From: an uncultured Candidatus Saccharibacteria bacterium
GTDB lineage: Bacteria > Patescibacteriota > Minisyncoccia > Phycocordibacterales > DATGWK01
Reading direction: 5' to 3'
Length of the DNA: 60,072 bases
NCBI GenBank assembly: GCA_964442475.1
Contig: CAYTZJ010000001.1
Span: forward strand, 1 to 60,072
The position numbers and the translations under genes were made by a program. Below are positions 15,819 to 26,073 of this stretch, one piece after another (within the stretch, counting starts at the first letter, position 1; each line of letters opens with the position of its first letter). The notes under the pieces are model-generated. The model was not told where the DNA came from. It did not search any database and worked only from the letters and a program-made list of their open reading frames with translations.

Positions 15819-17603
15819 CTATTCAGACTGAACCATTTTTAAGAACACATCGTGTGGAATATCCACGGTTCCTTCTGCTTTCATGCGTTTTTTCCCCTCT
15901 TTTTGTTTTTCCCAAAGTTTCATTTTTCGAGTTCTGTCACCTCCATACATATGCTGAGTTACATTCTTTTTAAGTGCTGGAATAGTTCGTGACGAAATAA
16001 TCCTACCGAGCGCACGGGCCTGAACTTTTGTAGCAAACATTTGCTGAGGCAAAAGATTATATAATCTTTCAACCATATCTTTGGATTCCCTTTCAACTGT
16101 CAAACGAGATACAATGCGAGCAAATGCGGGTACTGGCTCATCCGCTACCCACATTTCAATTTTACTCACATCTGCATCACGCATTCCTGTTGCTTCATAC
16201 GAAAGTGAGGCGTAACCGGAAGAAGCACTTTTTACCTTATTGAAAAAATTACGCATAAGTTCTCGTAGTGGCATTTCTGCTGTAATAGAAGTCCTATTAT
16301 CACCAAAAGTATGAGTTTCGCCTACCATACCCTCATGTTCAAATAGCAATGTCATCATCGGGCCAACATATTCTGGTGGTACTATCACTGTGACTTTTGC
16401 CCACGGTTCACGAACAGCCACGATCTCATGTTCCTCTGGAAAAAATGAGGCGGAAAAGATACTAATTGTTTTGCCGTTTTTGAGATCAATTTCATAATTA
16501 ATACTTGGAGTCGTAACGATAAGATTAAGATTTGATTCACGGCGAAGTCGCTCAGAAACAATTTCCAAATGAAGCATACCGAGAAAACCACAACGAAAAC
16601 CCTTACCCAAAACCCCCGACGCTTCTTCTTCGAATGAAAAAGATGAGTCACTTAATTTGAGCCGACCAAGCGCAAGTCGAAGCATTGGAAAATCATCTTG
16701 ACTTTCTGGATAGAGTGAAGACCAAACAACTGGCCGAGGCTTGAGATAGCCTTCCATCGGTGGCATCGTATCACGAACCAATGCCACCGTATCACCCACC
16801 GAAGCGATACCAGGCTCCTTGATTCCCGTTACAATATAACCAATTTCACCTGCAGAAAGTGCAGCGGTTGGGGTTTCCTCCGGAACAAAAATCCCAACAT
16901 CGTTTGCATTAAATTCCTTACCTGAAACACAAAATTTGAGTTGGGTGTTTTTGCTAACCTTACCACCCATAATACGTACATATACAATGACTCCAGTATG
17001 ATTCGAATATTGAAAATCAAAAACAAGCGCTCGTAAACCTGTCTTGTCTTCATCTTTTGCCATTGGTGGTGGCACACGTTTAAGCACAGCATCAAGAAGT
17101 GCTTCTACTCCAGCACCAGTTTTACCAGAAACCTCAACAATATCTTCTTCTTTGCACTCAAGAAGTGTGATCATTTCTTTGCGGACTCGTTCGACACTCG
17201 CAAGCGGTGAATCAATTTTTGAAATAACTGGAATAATTGTAAGTCCTTGGTCACGGGCCATAGCGAGTGTGGAAAGCGTTTGCGCCTGAACACCCTGTGT
17301 TGCATCAACCAAAAGAACGGTTCCTTCAACCGCCTTAAGAGCACGAGAAACTTCGTATGAAAAATCGATATGCCCCGGAGTATCGATAAGATTAATAATA
17401 TGATCCTTATATCTCATTCGAACCGGTTGCATTTTGATCGTAATTCCCCGCTCACGCTCAAGATCCATACTATCGAGTACTTGATCCTTCATCTTGCGTT
17501 TTTCGATCGTACCTGTAATTTCGAGCAATCGATCTGCCAGGGTTGATTTGCCATGGTCAACATGGGCAATGATAGAAAAATTTCTGATTTTGTTTGTATC
17601 CAT
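15819..17603 (-). CDS. lepA: Elongation factor 4
   Basis: GTPase motifs AHVDHGKST, DTPGH and SKID, with a LepA-type C-terminal domain. Confidence 0.95.
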   Translation of the reverse strand: MDTNKIRNFSIIAHVDHGKSTLADRLLEITGTIEKRKMKDQVLDSMDLERERGITIKMQPVRMRYKDHIINLIDTPGHIDFSYEVSRALKAVEGTVLLVDATQGVQAQTLSTLAMARDQGLTIIPVISKIDSPLASVERVRKEMITLLECKEEDIVEVSGKTGAGVEALLDAVLKRVPPPMAKDEDKTGLRALVFDFQYSNHTGVIVYVRIMGGKVSKNTQLKFCVSGKEFNANDVGIFVPEETPTAALSAGEIGYIVTGIKEPGIASVGDTVALVRDTMPPMEGYLKPRPVVWSSLYPESQDDFPMLRLALGRLKLSDSSFSFEEEASGVLGKGFRCGFLGMLHLEIVSERLRRESNLNLIVTTPSINYEIDLKNGKTISIFSASFFPEEHEIVAVREPWAKVTVIVPPEYVGPMMTLLFEHEGMVGETHTFGDNRTSITAEMPLRELMRNFFNKVKSASSGYASLSYEATGMRDADVSKIEMWVADEPVPAFARIVSRLTVERESKDMVERLYNLLPQQMFATKVQARALGRIISSRTIPALKKNVTQHMYGGDRTRKMKLWEKQKEGKKRMKAEGTVDIPHDVFLKMVQSE

Positions 17604-17686
17604 ATTTTTATCTCAAACCCCCAATCTAAGCTTTCAATTCTGAATGTGTTCACACATTCAGGGCTTGAAATTTAGTTTTGAGATTG

Positions 17687-19372
17687 TTACACCTCGGGGT
17701 CGGGTCCGATTACAGGAATTGGAGCTTTCCAGAACTTACCATGCAAAGCAGTCATTGTTTCCCTAAGCTCCCTACTACCCAAGAGGGCGAGCACTATAAT
17801 ACCGCATATAATGCCCACTACACCAGCAATAGCGCCTTGGCTTAAAACACCAATAAATGTATCGAGTGTGAAGATATTTTGAAGTAAATTTAAACTAATG
17901 TACGTGGCCATACCCATAACCAAAGACACAAAAAGAAGTTGTAGTGTAGTTCGAATTAAGCTTTTTGCAACACCCTTGTAGTCTCTATTGAACATATACA
18001 CATGAACTAACGCGGCGGCAATACTACCGATTGAAAAAGCTAGTGGTAACATGAGCACTGTGGTTCCAGACACATCAGTGACCCTAAATAGAGCTTCAAC
18101 AAAATACTGAAATTGAGGAAAAGCGATTACAAAACGAGCCAAAAATGCTGCTGTAGCAATAATAACAAGTGCCGAACAAATGTTGATATAGAATGGAATT
18201 CTTGTATTGCCAGCTGCATATCGAGCGCGAGTAAAAACTAATATTAAACTCTGAGCAGCAAGAGAGATCACAAAAAGAGCAAGAGCGGCCGCTGTAAGAC
18301 GAGTATCCTGCCAACTAAATTCTCCAGAACCCAAAATAACTCGAACTATATGAGCGCGAAGTACAACAAAAAGTGCCACGAGTGGTAATGAAAAGAAAAT
18401 AATATATCGAGCTGTGGTATCAACCAATTCAACAAATTTTGTTCTTTCCCCTCGCGCAAACAAAACTGCCATGGAAGGAAATGCGGCTAAGGAATAACTC
18501 ACTCCAACAACAGAAAGTGGTACAGATTGAAGATTCCAGGAAAGACTAAGAATAGAAATTGAACCTGCACTCATAAGTGAGGCGAGTGAAATAAGAAAAA
18601 ATTCACTTACTTCTTGAGCAGACATTGCGAGCGTTCGTGGAAACGCAACAACAAACATTCCAAAGGCAGTTCGATATTTTTTAAACGAAAAAATAATTCT
18701 AGGAAATAAACCCTGTCGCGCCACAAACGGAACTTGAACTAAAAAATGAAGAACTGCTCCAATTGCCACTCCCCACACCAAACCGGCCGAACCAAAACGT
18801 GGAGCCAAAAAAACAATACCAAAAATAATTCCAGCATTATACAAAAGTGGACTAATGCCATAAATAAAGAATCTGTTGTACAGCTGAGTTACACTTGCAA
18901 TTAAATTCGACAAACCAAGCATAATTGGCGACAACAACAAAATCCTTGTAAGAAGAATAATTTCACTTCGGAATGGTTCTTCAGAAAAACCCGGGAAAAT
19001 TTTTGCCACAAACAATGGAAAAAGAAAAAAGATTATGGCCGAAATTGTTACCATAACAATAAGAAAAATTGAAAACACAACACTCAAAAATTCTCGTCCA
19101 ACATTTTTACTTATTTTTACCCGCTCAGAAAGAAACGGGATTATAATCGAAGCCGAAAAAAGAGACGCAACGACAGCAAAAAGAAAATCTGGAACACGAA
19201 ACGCAGCGTAATACAAATCGAGTGCCTGACTTGCTCCAAAGGTATGAGCAAGTAATCTGTCTCGGACTAAAGCCAAAACCTGAGACATGAGGGCAAATGC
19301 ACCCAAAAGATACGCGGCATCGTGCAGACCACTAATTTCCCTACCCAAAAAACTAATAAATTTCTTTACCAT
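17687..19372 (-). CDS. murJ: Lipid II flippase MurJ/MviN
   Basis: 561-aa polytopic membrane protein with MviN-like N-terminus. TAATG overlap with the upstream gene. Confidence 0.8.
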   Translation of the reverse strand: MVKKFISFLGREISGLHDAAYLLGAFALMSQVLALVRDRLLAHTFGASQALDLYYAAFRVPDFLFAVVASLFSASIIIPFLSERVKISKNVGREFLSVVFSIFLIVMVTISAIIFFLFPLFVAKIFPGFSEEPFRSEIILLTRILLLSPIMLGLSNLIASVTQLYNRFFIYGISPLLYNAGIIFGIVFLAPRFGSAGLVWGVAIGAVLHFLVQVPFVARQGLFPRIIFSFKKYRTAFGMFVVAFPRTLAMSAQEVSEFFLISLASLMSAGSISILSLSWNLQSVPLSVVGVSYSLAAFPSMAVLFARGERTKFVELVDTTARYIIFFSLPLVALFVVLRAHIVRVILGSGEFSWQDTRLTAAALALFVISLAAQSLILVFTRARYAAGNTRIPFYINICSALVIIATAAFLARFVIAFPQFQYFVEALFRVTDVSGTTVLMLPLAFSIGSIAAALVHVYMFNRDYKGVAKSLIRTTLQLLFVSLVMGMATYISLNLLQNIFTLDTFIGVLSQGAIAGVVGIICGIIVLALLGSRELRETMTALHGKFWKAPIPVIGPDPEV

Positions 19373-21780
19373 TAGTTAGACTCAGTAATTGGTAAATCTT
19401 TTCGCTTTTCAGGTTTGGCATCCTTAGAAGGCGCTGCTACAAATGGCGCCCTGCCAGCCTTAAGATTTTCGAGAATTGCATTTAGCTCTGAATTGTTTGG
19501 ATTTAAATCCTTGAGTTCTTCAAAAATTTTAATCGCCTTTGCTGTTTCGCCCGCATTTGCATAACTTAAACCAAGAAAATATTTAGCATTTGCATAGACC
19601 GGTACAAGCGATATTGATTTTTCGAATGCAGCAACAGCACCTCGATATTCCTTTGCATCATACTTTAGAAGACCGAGTCTAAAGAAAATCAATGGATCAT
19701 CGGGGGTAAGAGTAACAATCTGTTCAACACGTTTGATCGCAGCACTTAGGTTGCCTTGTGTGGCGTCAAGTTGCGCCTGAAAAAATATTGCGTCGATATA
19801 ATTACCCTTAAATTCTAGTGATTGATTCAAATATTCTTGAGCAGTCTTAAGATCTTTATTGGATGCAGCAAGTTGAGCCAGAGCAAGATACACTTGTGGG
19901 TTTCGTGGACTAATCTTATTAGCTTCTTCATAACCAGTCTTTGCAGCCTCATAAGCACCCTCAACACCAACTGGCACAATCGTGCTATATACCTGAGCAA
20001 CAATTAATTTATTTTCAAGACGTGATGGATCAGAAAGCTCAGCAAGACGCGCAGCCTCTACTGCACTTGCAGTTCGTTTCTGAAACTCGTTTCTTTGTTC
20101 TTCTGTTATTTCAGTCTTACCATTTGCTTCGGCAATTAACGTATTAATCCTTGATACATTAAGTTGTGCCAGAGATCTATAATAAATATCCCGTTTTGAT
20201 AATCGAATAGCATCAAGAATTTTTGCTTCGACAATATTTGCATCAGCATTTTGAGTTACTGAAACAATCGCTCTTTGGAAAGATACTGATGCTCGACCCT
20301 GTTCAAAAATAATATAACTCAAACCCACAGTAGCAATAAGCACAATGACACCGATCATTGTTGCGATAAAGCCGATCTTTGGATATTTAATAAATTCAAA
20401 TGATTTATTAAGTGTAATACCTGCAACCGCCGTCGAAGCCATAAACAAGCCGGTAAAAAAGAATGTCAAAAACAGAATCACGGTTCCTGGGGTGTAGAAA
20501 ATATTCATAATCCACAAATAGACAACGACACCAAGTGAGGATGTAACAAAAAATCGTGTTGATCTATCTGTATAGCTTGAAAATAAAGACTTAATGCCAA
20601 GCCAAACAATAGACATCAAGAAGAGTAGCCACGCAAACAGTCCCACTATACCGGTTTCAATAATAGAGGTTGGAACAAAACCAATAGCAAAATCAAAATT
20701 TGTATTCCAAAAATTTGTAAGATTGATATTAGGTCGGTACATCTGCCACGCAACACTAAAACGATTTGGACCGGTTCCGAGCACAGGATCTACCTGCAAA
20801 TTAGATTTAAAAACATCATATGTTGCCTCCCATGATGGACGAATCTCGATATTACTAACTCCAAATCGCGCACCTAGATTTGAAGCAAGATCACCACCAA
20901 GCGGCAAAACAAAGACAAGTGCAATAATCGAAATTATAAGAGACTTGATAGCAATTCGATGACGAGGCATTTCGAGTCGTCCGTCAGCAGTTAATTCCAG
21001 GGTTCCAGAAATTCTTTCTGCAACAGCAGTCGAGTGAGCTGCAGTATAAACAAAAAAGATAGCGGCAACAATTCCCGCAACAATCCACATTGTTGAAAAA
21101 TTAACAACGATCATCACAAAAAGCGATAAAAACAAAACCACATACGCCACAGCTTTTTCAACCTTTTTGAGCTTCAAGATTTCAAGAGCGAAGAGCGAAA
21201 GCAACAAACTCACTCCAAAAAAGATCCCGAGCTCATTCAATTTTCCAATCGTATTGGCGGTTATTGATGTAAAAAAACCAATTGATAGAAATTTTGTACC
21301 CAATAAAAATCGTAACGCATGAAAAATACCGAGTAAACCAGCGCCTACAAAAAATATCGCATTAACGACATACAATTTTTTTAGATTTGAAAAAGAAATA
21401 GAAACAAGATATGTAAGCACCATCATGATAAGAACGAATGAAAAAGTGCCAACCTCAAAACCATAGCCGACCAAAGAACCAATTCGAGAAGTGCTTACAA
21501 GTGATGAAATCAGTATCACAACAACCAAACCCACCGATGTTGCCGCTAATACATTTCTCGGGAAAAAAACTGTTCCACGTTTTATGATCGCGAGAATAGT
21601 GAGTATAAATGCAAAAAGTACGCCGAGTGAGATAACAAGTGCCTTGAGATACACAAATGACAAAAATGGAGATGGGCTGAATGCAATTGGCACCAAAACA
21701 AGAAGAATTGTAAGCAAAACGAGAGGTAAATTATCTAATGTTATGAGTTTGCGGAGTACCTGCAATTTATTTAAAATCAT
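19372..21780 (-). CDS. O-antigen-ligase-like (Wzy_C) polytopic membrane protein with C-terminal TPR repeats
   Basis: About 12 TM helices followed by TPR-like repeats. Start moved to Met48 (ATG 21780) because the upstream ORF part overlaps a terminator and rnpB. Confidence 0.65.
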   Translation of the reverse strand: MILNKLQVLRKLITLDNLPLVLLTILLVLVPIAFSPSPFLSFVYLKALVISLGVLFAFILTILAIIKRGTVFFPRNVLAATSVGLVVVILISSLVSTSRIGSLVGYGFEVGTFSFVLIMMVLTYLVSISFSNLKKLYVVNAIFFVGAGLLGIFHALRFLLGTKFLSIGFFTSITANTIGKLNELGIFFGVSLLLSLFALEILKLKKVEKAVAYVVLFLSLFVMIVVNFSTMWIVAGIVAAIFFVYTAAHSTAVAERISGTLELTADGRLEMPRHRIAIKSLIISIIALVFVLPLGGDLASNLGARFGVSNIEIRPSWEATYDVFKSNLQVDPVLGTGPNRFSVAWQMYRPNINLTNFWNTNFDFAIGFVPTSIIETGIVGLFAWLLFLMSIVWLGIKSLFSSYTDRSTRFFVTSSLGVVVYLWIMNIFYTPGTVILFLTFFFTGLFMASTAVAGITLNKSFEFIKYPKIGFIATMIGVIVLIATVGLSYIIFEQGRASVSFQRAIVSVTQNADANIVEAKILDAIRLSKRDIYYRSLAQLNVSRINTLIAEANGKTEITEEQRNEFQKRTASAVEAARLAELSDPSRLENKLIVAQVYSTIVPVGVEGAYEAAKTGYEEANKISPRNPQVYLALAQLAASNKDLKTAQEYLNQSLEFKGNYIDAIFFQAQLDATQGNLSAAIKRVEQIVTLTPDDPLIFFRLGLLKYDAKEYRGAVAAFEKSISLVPVYANAKYFLGLSYANAGETAKAIKIFEELKDLNPNNSELNAILENLKAGRAPFVAAPSKDAKPEKRKDLPITESN

Positions 21781-21852
21781 GCTTACTTTGATGAAATAAT
21801 ATACAGCTATTATCTCAATTTTACCGAGTATTTTCAATCGATCTCTCAACAC

Positions 21853-21877
21853 AAAACCCCGCTTTAGGCGGGGTTTT
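21853..21877 (-). terminator. Intrinsic terminator downstream of rnpB
   Basis: Minus strand reads AAAACCCCGC ctaaa GCGGGGTTTT. Confidence 0.75.
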
Positions 21878-21884
21878 GTAATTT

Positions 21885-22302
21885 GTGTTTCTGGGTCTAT
21901 AAGCCGAATTCTGTCCAGCAAAGCTCCGTGAGGAGCAAAGCGTGGATAACTATTTATCTAGCCCCGTGATTACTCTCGGGGTCAAGCGGCACACTCACAA
22001 CCTTTCGGTTCGAGTCCGGCCTTGCACACAAGTAAGGATTTAGCCGTTGCAACCGATACGTTACCGTACCGACTCATCCCGCGTGGCTTTCAAAGAAAAC
22101 CATGGGAGCTGTAGTTCTTTCGTTCTACAGCGTCTCTGTTCGCACCTCGTGGATCACTCCAGACGGGCGTTACCCGCTACCCTTCCAATTTTGCCCATCG
22201 CAGGTGATGCAAAATTGGTATGTGTTCGGACTTTCCTCCAAACGTCTCCATTTCGCCCCTTGGGCTATACAAGACGATGGCAGTTATCCAACCCAGAACA
22301 AA
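21885..22302 (-). ncRNA. rnpB: RNase P RNA (bacterial type)
   Basis: Minus strand contains GGAGGAAAGUCCGAACAC (CR-I, plus-strand 22224-22240) and GGACAGAAUUCGGCUUAUAG (CR-V, plus-strand about 21898-21917). P1 pairing joins UUCUGGGU (5') to ACCCAGAA (3'). Confidence 0.85.
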
Positions 22303-22335
22303 AAAATAGTAACATAAAATCAGAACAAAAGCAAA

Positions 22336-25300
22336 CTACGGCTGGGTTGAGCCACTATCATTAGAAACATCAGCTGAGTCTGAGTCTGAGTCTGAGTCTG
22401 CAGAATTTTCTGAACGGTCTGAAACACTGTTTCCATTATCGCGTGAAGGTTCAACTTGGGTTTGTGCGTCTTGATCTGAATCATTTGAAACATCAGTTTG
22501 TGGAGAATTCTTTACATCATTTTTTAAATCTCCAGCAACCCCATCGATAAACGAAACGTCTAAAGTGGCCGAAACATCATGTGCAGTGTCACCCGTCGTT
22601 GGAATACTTGGTGCAACAGGCTCAGCATCGCGTCCGTCATTAGGAATTTCCTCATTAGAGTTTTGTCCACATTCGCCAGCAAAATTCTTAAGTTTACCCT
22701 TAATAATTTTTACACAATACGGTTTCCCAGTCGCTTCGTCATAAAGTGTGATACCTGTTGGCTTTTCTGAACTACCAACGATAAGCTCTCCAACTAAAAC
22801 ATTTTTAAACTTGGCAACTGACTCAGAAAATGAAATACCAAAATCTTCGAGAGTTTGGAACGGATTTGACCAAAGTCCGCCACCACCATTCCCAATACGA
22901 ATCTGTGATTCAACCGCAGCAAGTCGTTCCTCGATAGAATCGAGTCGCAACTGTTGCGCCTTTGCGACACCGAGATTAAAGACGGAAAGTTTATACACAT
23001 CAACATCACCGTTTGCAGTAAGAATTTCGCTTGGAGCATCGCTCGCCAAAATTCCAAGTCGATTTGGGGTGCCTGTTTCATCGTTAAATCTAAAGGTTGA
23101 AATATCAATTTCAGTAAGCTTGTTTGCAAAGGCAACTAAATCTTCTTCTTGGAGTTTATTAACATTTGTAATGTCATCTTGGTCTGCCTTAGCCACAAAA
23201 CCTCGTGCTCCAACATCACCAGAGACTTGAAGTTTGTACAACGAATCATTTACACCAATTCCAACATTTCCAGAAGTATTAATTGTGAGTGAAGGAGATG
23301 TTGTCGGCGCATCATTAATAGAGATTCTTTGAGCAATTTCCTGGACTGATTTAACAGTGTCAGAAAGAATTGCTCGAACGTTGATATTTACCTCTCTACC
23401 AGCTTCGTTATACAACGCATATCGAGGATCTACTTGAGACACGTCTTCGGCAATAAAACCAATATCTCTTTTACCATTGTAATATCCTGGCTTGTAGTTA
23501 AATTCTACGGGATTGAGACTCATCAATCGTTCAAGGGATGACTGACCATCAAGTGCACTTATATTTTCCTTTACAGTACGAGTTGAAGAATCACATGTTG
23601 TTCCCCAAAGAAGATAGTGTCTAGTTGCATCAGTTTTTATACATGCAAAATATTCACCCCCCCCAGCTTCGACGAGATTATCGAATGCATAATGATACGT
23701 ACTTGAATCATCGATCGTAAGAAGTGCGGCATTACCAGCACCATTAACATCACCAAGCTGGATCACTCCTGTTGAATCATTAGAACTTGCATCAATTAAT
23801 ACCGCACCACCACTTGAACCCAAGGATGTTCCATTAAGATCAATAGTATAGTTTGGAGTCAAAGTATTAAAACCTAGGGAACCGTTACTAGCAACTACAA
23901 ATGTTGAACTATTTGTATTAATAACAAATGCAGGAGTAGTATCGTTATTTTGGATGGACAATCTAGCGAAGGGTGATGTTGTACCCACTCCAACTTTTCC
24001 ATTTCCAAGAACATTAAAGAGTGTTGCGTTTGTAGAGCTTGCTACTGCAAAGAGAGAGGTTGAGCCAGCAGAAGAAGTTGTTTGGACTGATAGCTTTGAA
24101 AATGGCGAAGATGTGCCAACACCGACGTTACCCTCAACAATTAAACCGTTTGTTGGTGCAGCGATAGTGTCGTATGTAGTACCGTATGAACCGTTACCAG
24201 AAACAGAGAGTTTTGACGCTGGAGACTGTTCACTAATTCCAACAGATGAACTATTGATTGTAATTACTCGAGTACTTGCACCAGTACCCAAATCAAGACG
24301 TGAGCTTAAACCAACTCCACCCTCAATAAAGGCTTTTTGTGTACCGTTTTGTCTCAAACTAATGTTTGGAACCTGACTGTTTGAAGAATCGTTAATTGTT
24401 AGATTAACTGCTCCAGCATTCTCAATCGTTGCAGACCCCCCAGACACATGAAATTTTGATGTGGGTGCTGCGATGCCCACTCCAACGTTCCCGTTCTGCA
24501 ATGCATACAAACTAGACGCAGCAGTAAGGCCACCTGCAAATGTTGAAGTTGAAGTTGTCGTAAATGCACTAAAATAAGAAGATGCTGATTGCCCCGCCAC
24601 CGAAAAGTTCGTATAAGGCGAAGATGTACCCACCCCAACATTACCACTAGCCAAAATATTAAAAAGTGTTTGTTTTGTAGAACTTGCCACTGCAAAGAGA
24701 GATGTGGTTGCAGAAGCAGATGGGCCCTGTAACGAAAATCGTGAAAAAGGAGAACTCGTACCAAAACCAACCTTACCCTCAACAATTAATCCATCGGTAG
24801 GAGCATTTATGCTGCTATATGTATCTCCAATCGCCCCATTACCTTTTACCGACAACATTGAACCAGGCGTAATAAATCCTCCAATACCAACTGCAAGTGG
24901 ATTTGTAGCTGCATCAACATTTTTAATAAAAATTCCCGGAGCATTTAGTGACCCACCATACTGCCAATTTAAATCATTATCAAAAATAGCAATTTGTTGA
25001 GTACCGTAAACAGAATCGTGTGCCCAAATACCAGTCTCATTACCCGCTCCAACACTATCATTGGCTGTTCCAGCATAAAGTCTTGCTGTTCCGCCTGTTG
25101 GGTCACCTAAATATGCCCCAGTACCCCACACATCAAGAGAAACTTCTGGAGATGAAGTGCCAATACCAACATATCCACTTGAACCATCAACTACAAGACC
25201 AGTTAAACCGTCATTTGTCCCATAAAAGAATTTATCAGTACCAGTCATATACGCAGAAATAAGCCTGTCATCATTGGTTATAAGACCAATTTCATCACCA

Positions 25301-26064
25301 ATTGAACCTGATGAAATAGCTGGACGAAAGGCACCTTGATATCCGCCAAGATAAGACAACGAACTATCAATATCGAGTGATGCGTTTGGTGTAGAAGTTC
25401 CAATTCCGACATATCCTGTCGAAAGAATACTGAATGCCGACAAACCACCGGTACCGAAAAATTCTGCAATCTTACCAGCACCATACTGTGCAACGCTCAA
25501 TGAAGTTGTAGCACTCGATGTTGCATTCGTACTGTCATTTCTAAAGAACTGTTCACTCGAAATACCATCGAGTCTGCCTGCTTCAAAAGCCGCTGGAACC
25601 GCCCCAAGAACTTTTCTTGGGCTCATTTCTCCGTCCCATAAAGGCGATCCACCAGAACCCCCAACTTCTACACCAAGGTAGAGTGTTTGATTAAAATCAA
25701 TATTTGTAAGCGGAGTTGAACTACCAAGCATGACGCTGAAAAGACCGTCAGTAACAGTAATGCGATTACCAGCAACAGTACTTCGATCTTCGGTCCAAAT
25801 TGCTGTGGTTGTTGCAGCAGTTGCAGAAGTCAAAAGCCAGAATTTCATATGATAAGTACCATCAGGCACAGCCACATTTGAAGCATTTGTGAGCTTACCT
25901 TGGTAATTAATTTGTGCATTAAAAGCCGCTTGTGCTACCAAGGGTGCACCAGCAGAAATGAAGCCATCAATTCCTACATGGCCTACCAAAACTACAACAA
26001 TGAGAGAAAATACCAAAAATGTTTTGGCTGTGAGAACTATTACTTTTTTTATTGTGTTTTTCAC
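22336..26064 (-). CDS. Tail-fibre-like giant surface protein with endosialidase-chaperone (peptidase S74)-like modules
   Basis: N-terminal TM. At least 9 degenerate repeats of the type (N/Y)VG(I/V)GT(S/T)SP...(L/F)-V. Module ENISALDGQSSLERLMSLNPVEFNYK...IGFIAEDV. A second, weaker module ISTFRFNDE...LGILASDAPSEIL. Coiled coil and an acidic SDSDSD tail. Confidence 0.7.
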   Translation of the reverse strand: MKNTIKKVIVLTAKTFLVFSLIVVVLVGHVGIDGFISAGAPLVAQAAFNAQINYQGKLTNASNVAVPDGTYHMKFWLLTSATAATTTAIWTEDRSTVAGNRITVTDGLFSVMLGSSTPLTNIDFNQTLYLGVEVGGSGGSPLWDGEMSPRKVLGAVPAAFEAGRLDGISSEQFFRNDSTNATSSATTSLSVAQYGAGKIAEFFGTGGLSAFSILSTGYVGIGTSTPNASLDIDSSLSYLGGYQGAFRPAISSGSIGDEIGLITNDDRLISAYMTGTDKFFYGTNDGLTGLVVDGSSGYVGIGTSSPEVSLDVWGTGAYLGDPTGGTARLYAGTANDSVGAGNETGIWAHDSVYGTQQIAIFDNDLNWQYGGSLNAPGIFIKNVDAATNPLAVGIGGFITPGSMLSVKGNGAIGDTYSSINAPTDGLIVEGKVGFGTSSPFSRFSLQGPSASATTSLFAVASSTKQTLFNILASGNVGVGTSSPYTNFSVAGQSASSYFSAFTTTSTSTFAGGLTAASSLYALQNGNVGVGIAAPTSKFHVSGGSATIENAGAVNLTINDSSNSQVPNISLRQNGTQKAFIEGGVGLSSRLDLGTGASTRVITINSSSVGISEQSPASKLSVSGNGSYGTTYDTIAAPTNGLIVEGNVGVGTSSPFSKLSVQTTSSAGSTSLFAVASSTNATLFNVLGNGKVGVGTTSPFARLSIQNNDTTPAFVINTNSSTFVVASNGSLGFNTLTPNYTIDLNGTSLGSSGGAVLIDASSNDSTGVIQLGDVNGAGNAALLTIDDSSTYHYAFDNLVEAGGGEYFACIKTDATRHYLLWGTTCDSSTRTVKENISALDGQSSLERLMSLNPVEFNYKPGYYNGKRDIGFIAEDVSQVDPRYALYNEAGREVNINVRAILSDTVKSVQEIAQRISINDAPTTSPSLTINTSGNVGIGVNDSLYKLQVSGDVGARGFVAKADQDDITNVNKLQEEDLVAFANKLTEIDISTFRFNDETGTPNRLGILASDAPSEILTANGDVDVYKLSVFNLGVAKAQQLRLDSIEERLAAVESQIRIGNGGGGLWSNPFQTLEDFGISFSESVAKFKNVLVGELIVGSSEKPTGITLYDEATGKPYCVKIIKGKLKNFAGECGQNSNEEIPNDGRDAEPVAPSIPTTGDTAHDVSATLDVSFIDGVAGDLKNDVKNSPQTDVSNDSDQDAQTQVEPSRDNGNSVSDRSENSADSDSDSDSADVSNDSGSTQP

Positions 26065-26073
26065 AAAAAGTTT

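Noticed and set aside
21781-21921. N-terminal 47 codons of ORF 19372..21921
   Set aside because: This extension runs through an intrinsic terminator (21853-21877) and into rnpB. Met48, followed by a TM-rich sequence, is the plausible start.
22047-22364. ORFs 22047..22364 and 22102..22317 (+)
   Set aside because: They lie entirely within the minus-strand RNase P RNA, whose CR-I and CR-V motifs are present. They are therefore spurious.
22375-22398. (TGAGTC)x4 hexanucleotide repeat as a phase-variation switch
   Set aside because: The unit length is a multiple of three, so slippage only changes the number of SD dipeptides in the acidic tail and cannot switch the gene off.
22336-26064. The tail-fibre-like gene as evidence of a prophage
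   Set aside because: No capsid, portal, terminase, baseplate, integrase or lysis genes lie nearby. The neighbours are secreted or anchored cellular-type proteins in one operon.
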